The notes under the pieces were generated by a model. It saw nothing but the letters and a program-made list of their open reading frames with translations. It did no database searches and had not been told where the DNA came from. A program made the translations under genes and the position numbers. A stretch of DNA of 64,000 nucleotides from an uncultured delta proteobacterium (GTDB lineage Bacteria; Myxococcota_A; Polyangia; Polyangiales; B10-G4): assembly GCA_963727445.1 (NCBI GenBank), contig CAVSGI010000020.1:1-64000 (forward strand). Direction: 5' to 3'. Numbering within the stretch: position 1 is the first letter of the stretch; every line of letters starts with the position of its first letter. Of this stretch, positions 63,198-64,000 are shown piece after piece.

Positions 63198-63659
63198 GTG
63201 TTTCGCGTCGGCGACCGCGTCCACTACCCGGCTCAAGGCCTCGGCACCATCGAACGCGAGATGGAGCATGAGGGCGTCCCGGTGCTCTTCGTTCGGTTGG
63301 ATGTCGGGAGTGGGATCGGCGTACCGATTGCGAGCGCCGCGGAGCTCCTGTGGCCGCTGCCCTCGAAGGAGCGCGCACTCGCCCTCGAAGCGCAGATGCT
63401 CACGCCGGCGGAGCCTGACAACGGCTCCTGGCCGGAGCGCTACGCGACCTTCGAGCGCGCGCTCCTCGAAGGGACGCTCGACGACTACGTCGAGGTGCTT
63501 TGCCGAAATCTCGCCCGCGCCGCGCCCGCGTCCTTCGGAGAGCGAAAGATGATGATGGTCCTCGAGGACAACGCCGTCGCACCGGTGGCGGAGAGTCTCG
63601 GCAAGGACCGCGCTGCGTTGATGGCCGAGGCCGCGGCGCGCCAAGCCGCCGGGCGATGA
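63198..63659 (+). CDS. CarD/CdnL-family RNA polymerase-binding regulator
   Basis: FRVGDRVHYPAQGLGTI, GVP, W.ERY, SFGERKM. Confidence 0.82.
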   Translation: MFRVGDRVHYPAQGLGTIEREMEHEGVPVLFVRLDVGSGIGVPIASAAELLWPLPSKERALALEAQMLTPAEPDNGSWPERYATFERALLEGTLDDYVEVLCRNLARAAPASFGERKMMMVLEDNAVAPVAESLGKDRAALMAEAAARQAAGR

Positions 63660-64000
63660 GCGGAGCTCAAATCCCGAACGCGATGCCCACCGATCCGATG
63701 ATCGCCATCCGAAGCTCTTCGCCGCCCATGACGCGGTATGTGATCTCGAAGGGCAACCGCCTGTCGGGACGCCGCTATTTCGCAGTGTAGGCCGACCGAT
63801 TCTCAGGACGCCCTGCGCTTCGCTGGGTCCCGTCGGAGGCTCCGCTCACCCGCGTGGTGATAGGACGAGGCACAGCATTCCTCGCAGTCTCATCACGTCC
63901 CCTTTCTCGTTTGTGTGTCGACCCTCAGGTGGTACAGCCAAACGCGACCGTGCCCTCGACGCGGAGCGGGACCCCGTCGACGTCGAAGACGAGCACGTAG

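Overview
High-GC bacterial DNA. The gene content (Cys-rich 'DAAxD' lipoproteins, PilZ, FHA, Ser/Thr kinase-like and CarD-family genes) suggests Myxococcota, probably Polyangiales/Sandaracinaceae-like; this is an inference. Bases 1-10691 are a near-perfect reverse complement of 10873-21567, separated by a garbled ~180 bp turn. Each arm carries its own indels and sucA has many frameshifts, so the duplication is most likely a long-read fold-back artefact, although a hairpin end is not excluded. The unique content is mostly housekeeping and envelope genes (Hsp20, sucA, acyl-CoA dehydrogenase, prolyl oligopeptidase, HtrA, class II DAHP synthase, pfkA, FKBP). Most notable: (i) a DUF692 (MNIO) + DUF2063 pair facing a lipoprotein with twin CxGxNxCxG motifs, a candidate membrane-anchored bufferin-like RiPP; (ii) a wHTH + nucleotidyltransferase module in which the NTase is fused to a KTSC domain, behind a leaderless promoter with a repeat operator; (iii) a bacterial METTL9/DREV-like methyltransferase; (iv) TAnnnT boxes 6-8 nt upstream of many start codons, suggesting leaderless mRNAs; (v) several pseudo-enzymes and decayed modules. 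No rRNA, tRNA, CRISPR array, integrase or transposase was recognised. All family assignments come from motif recognition by eye, not database searches.
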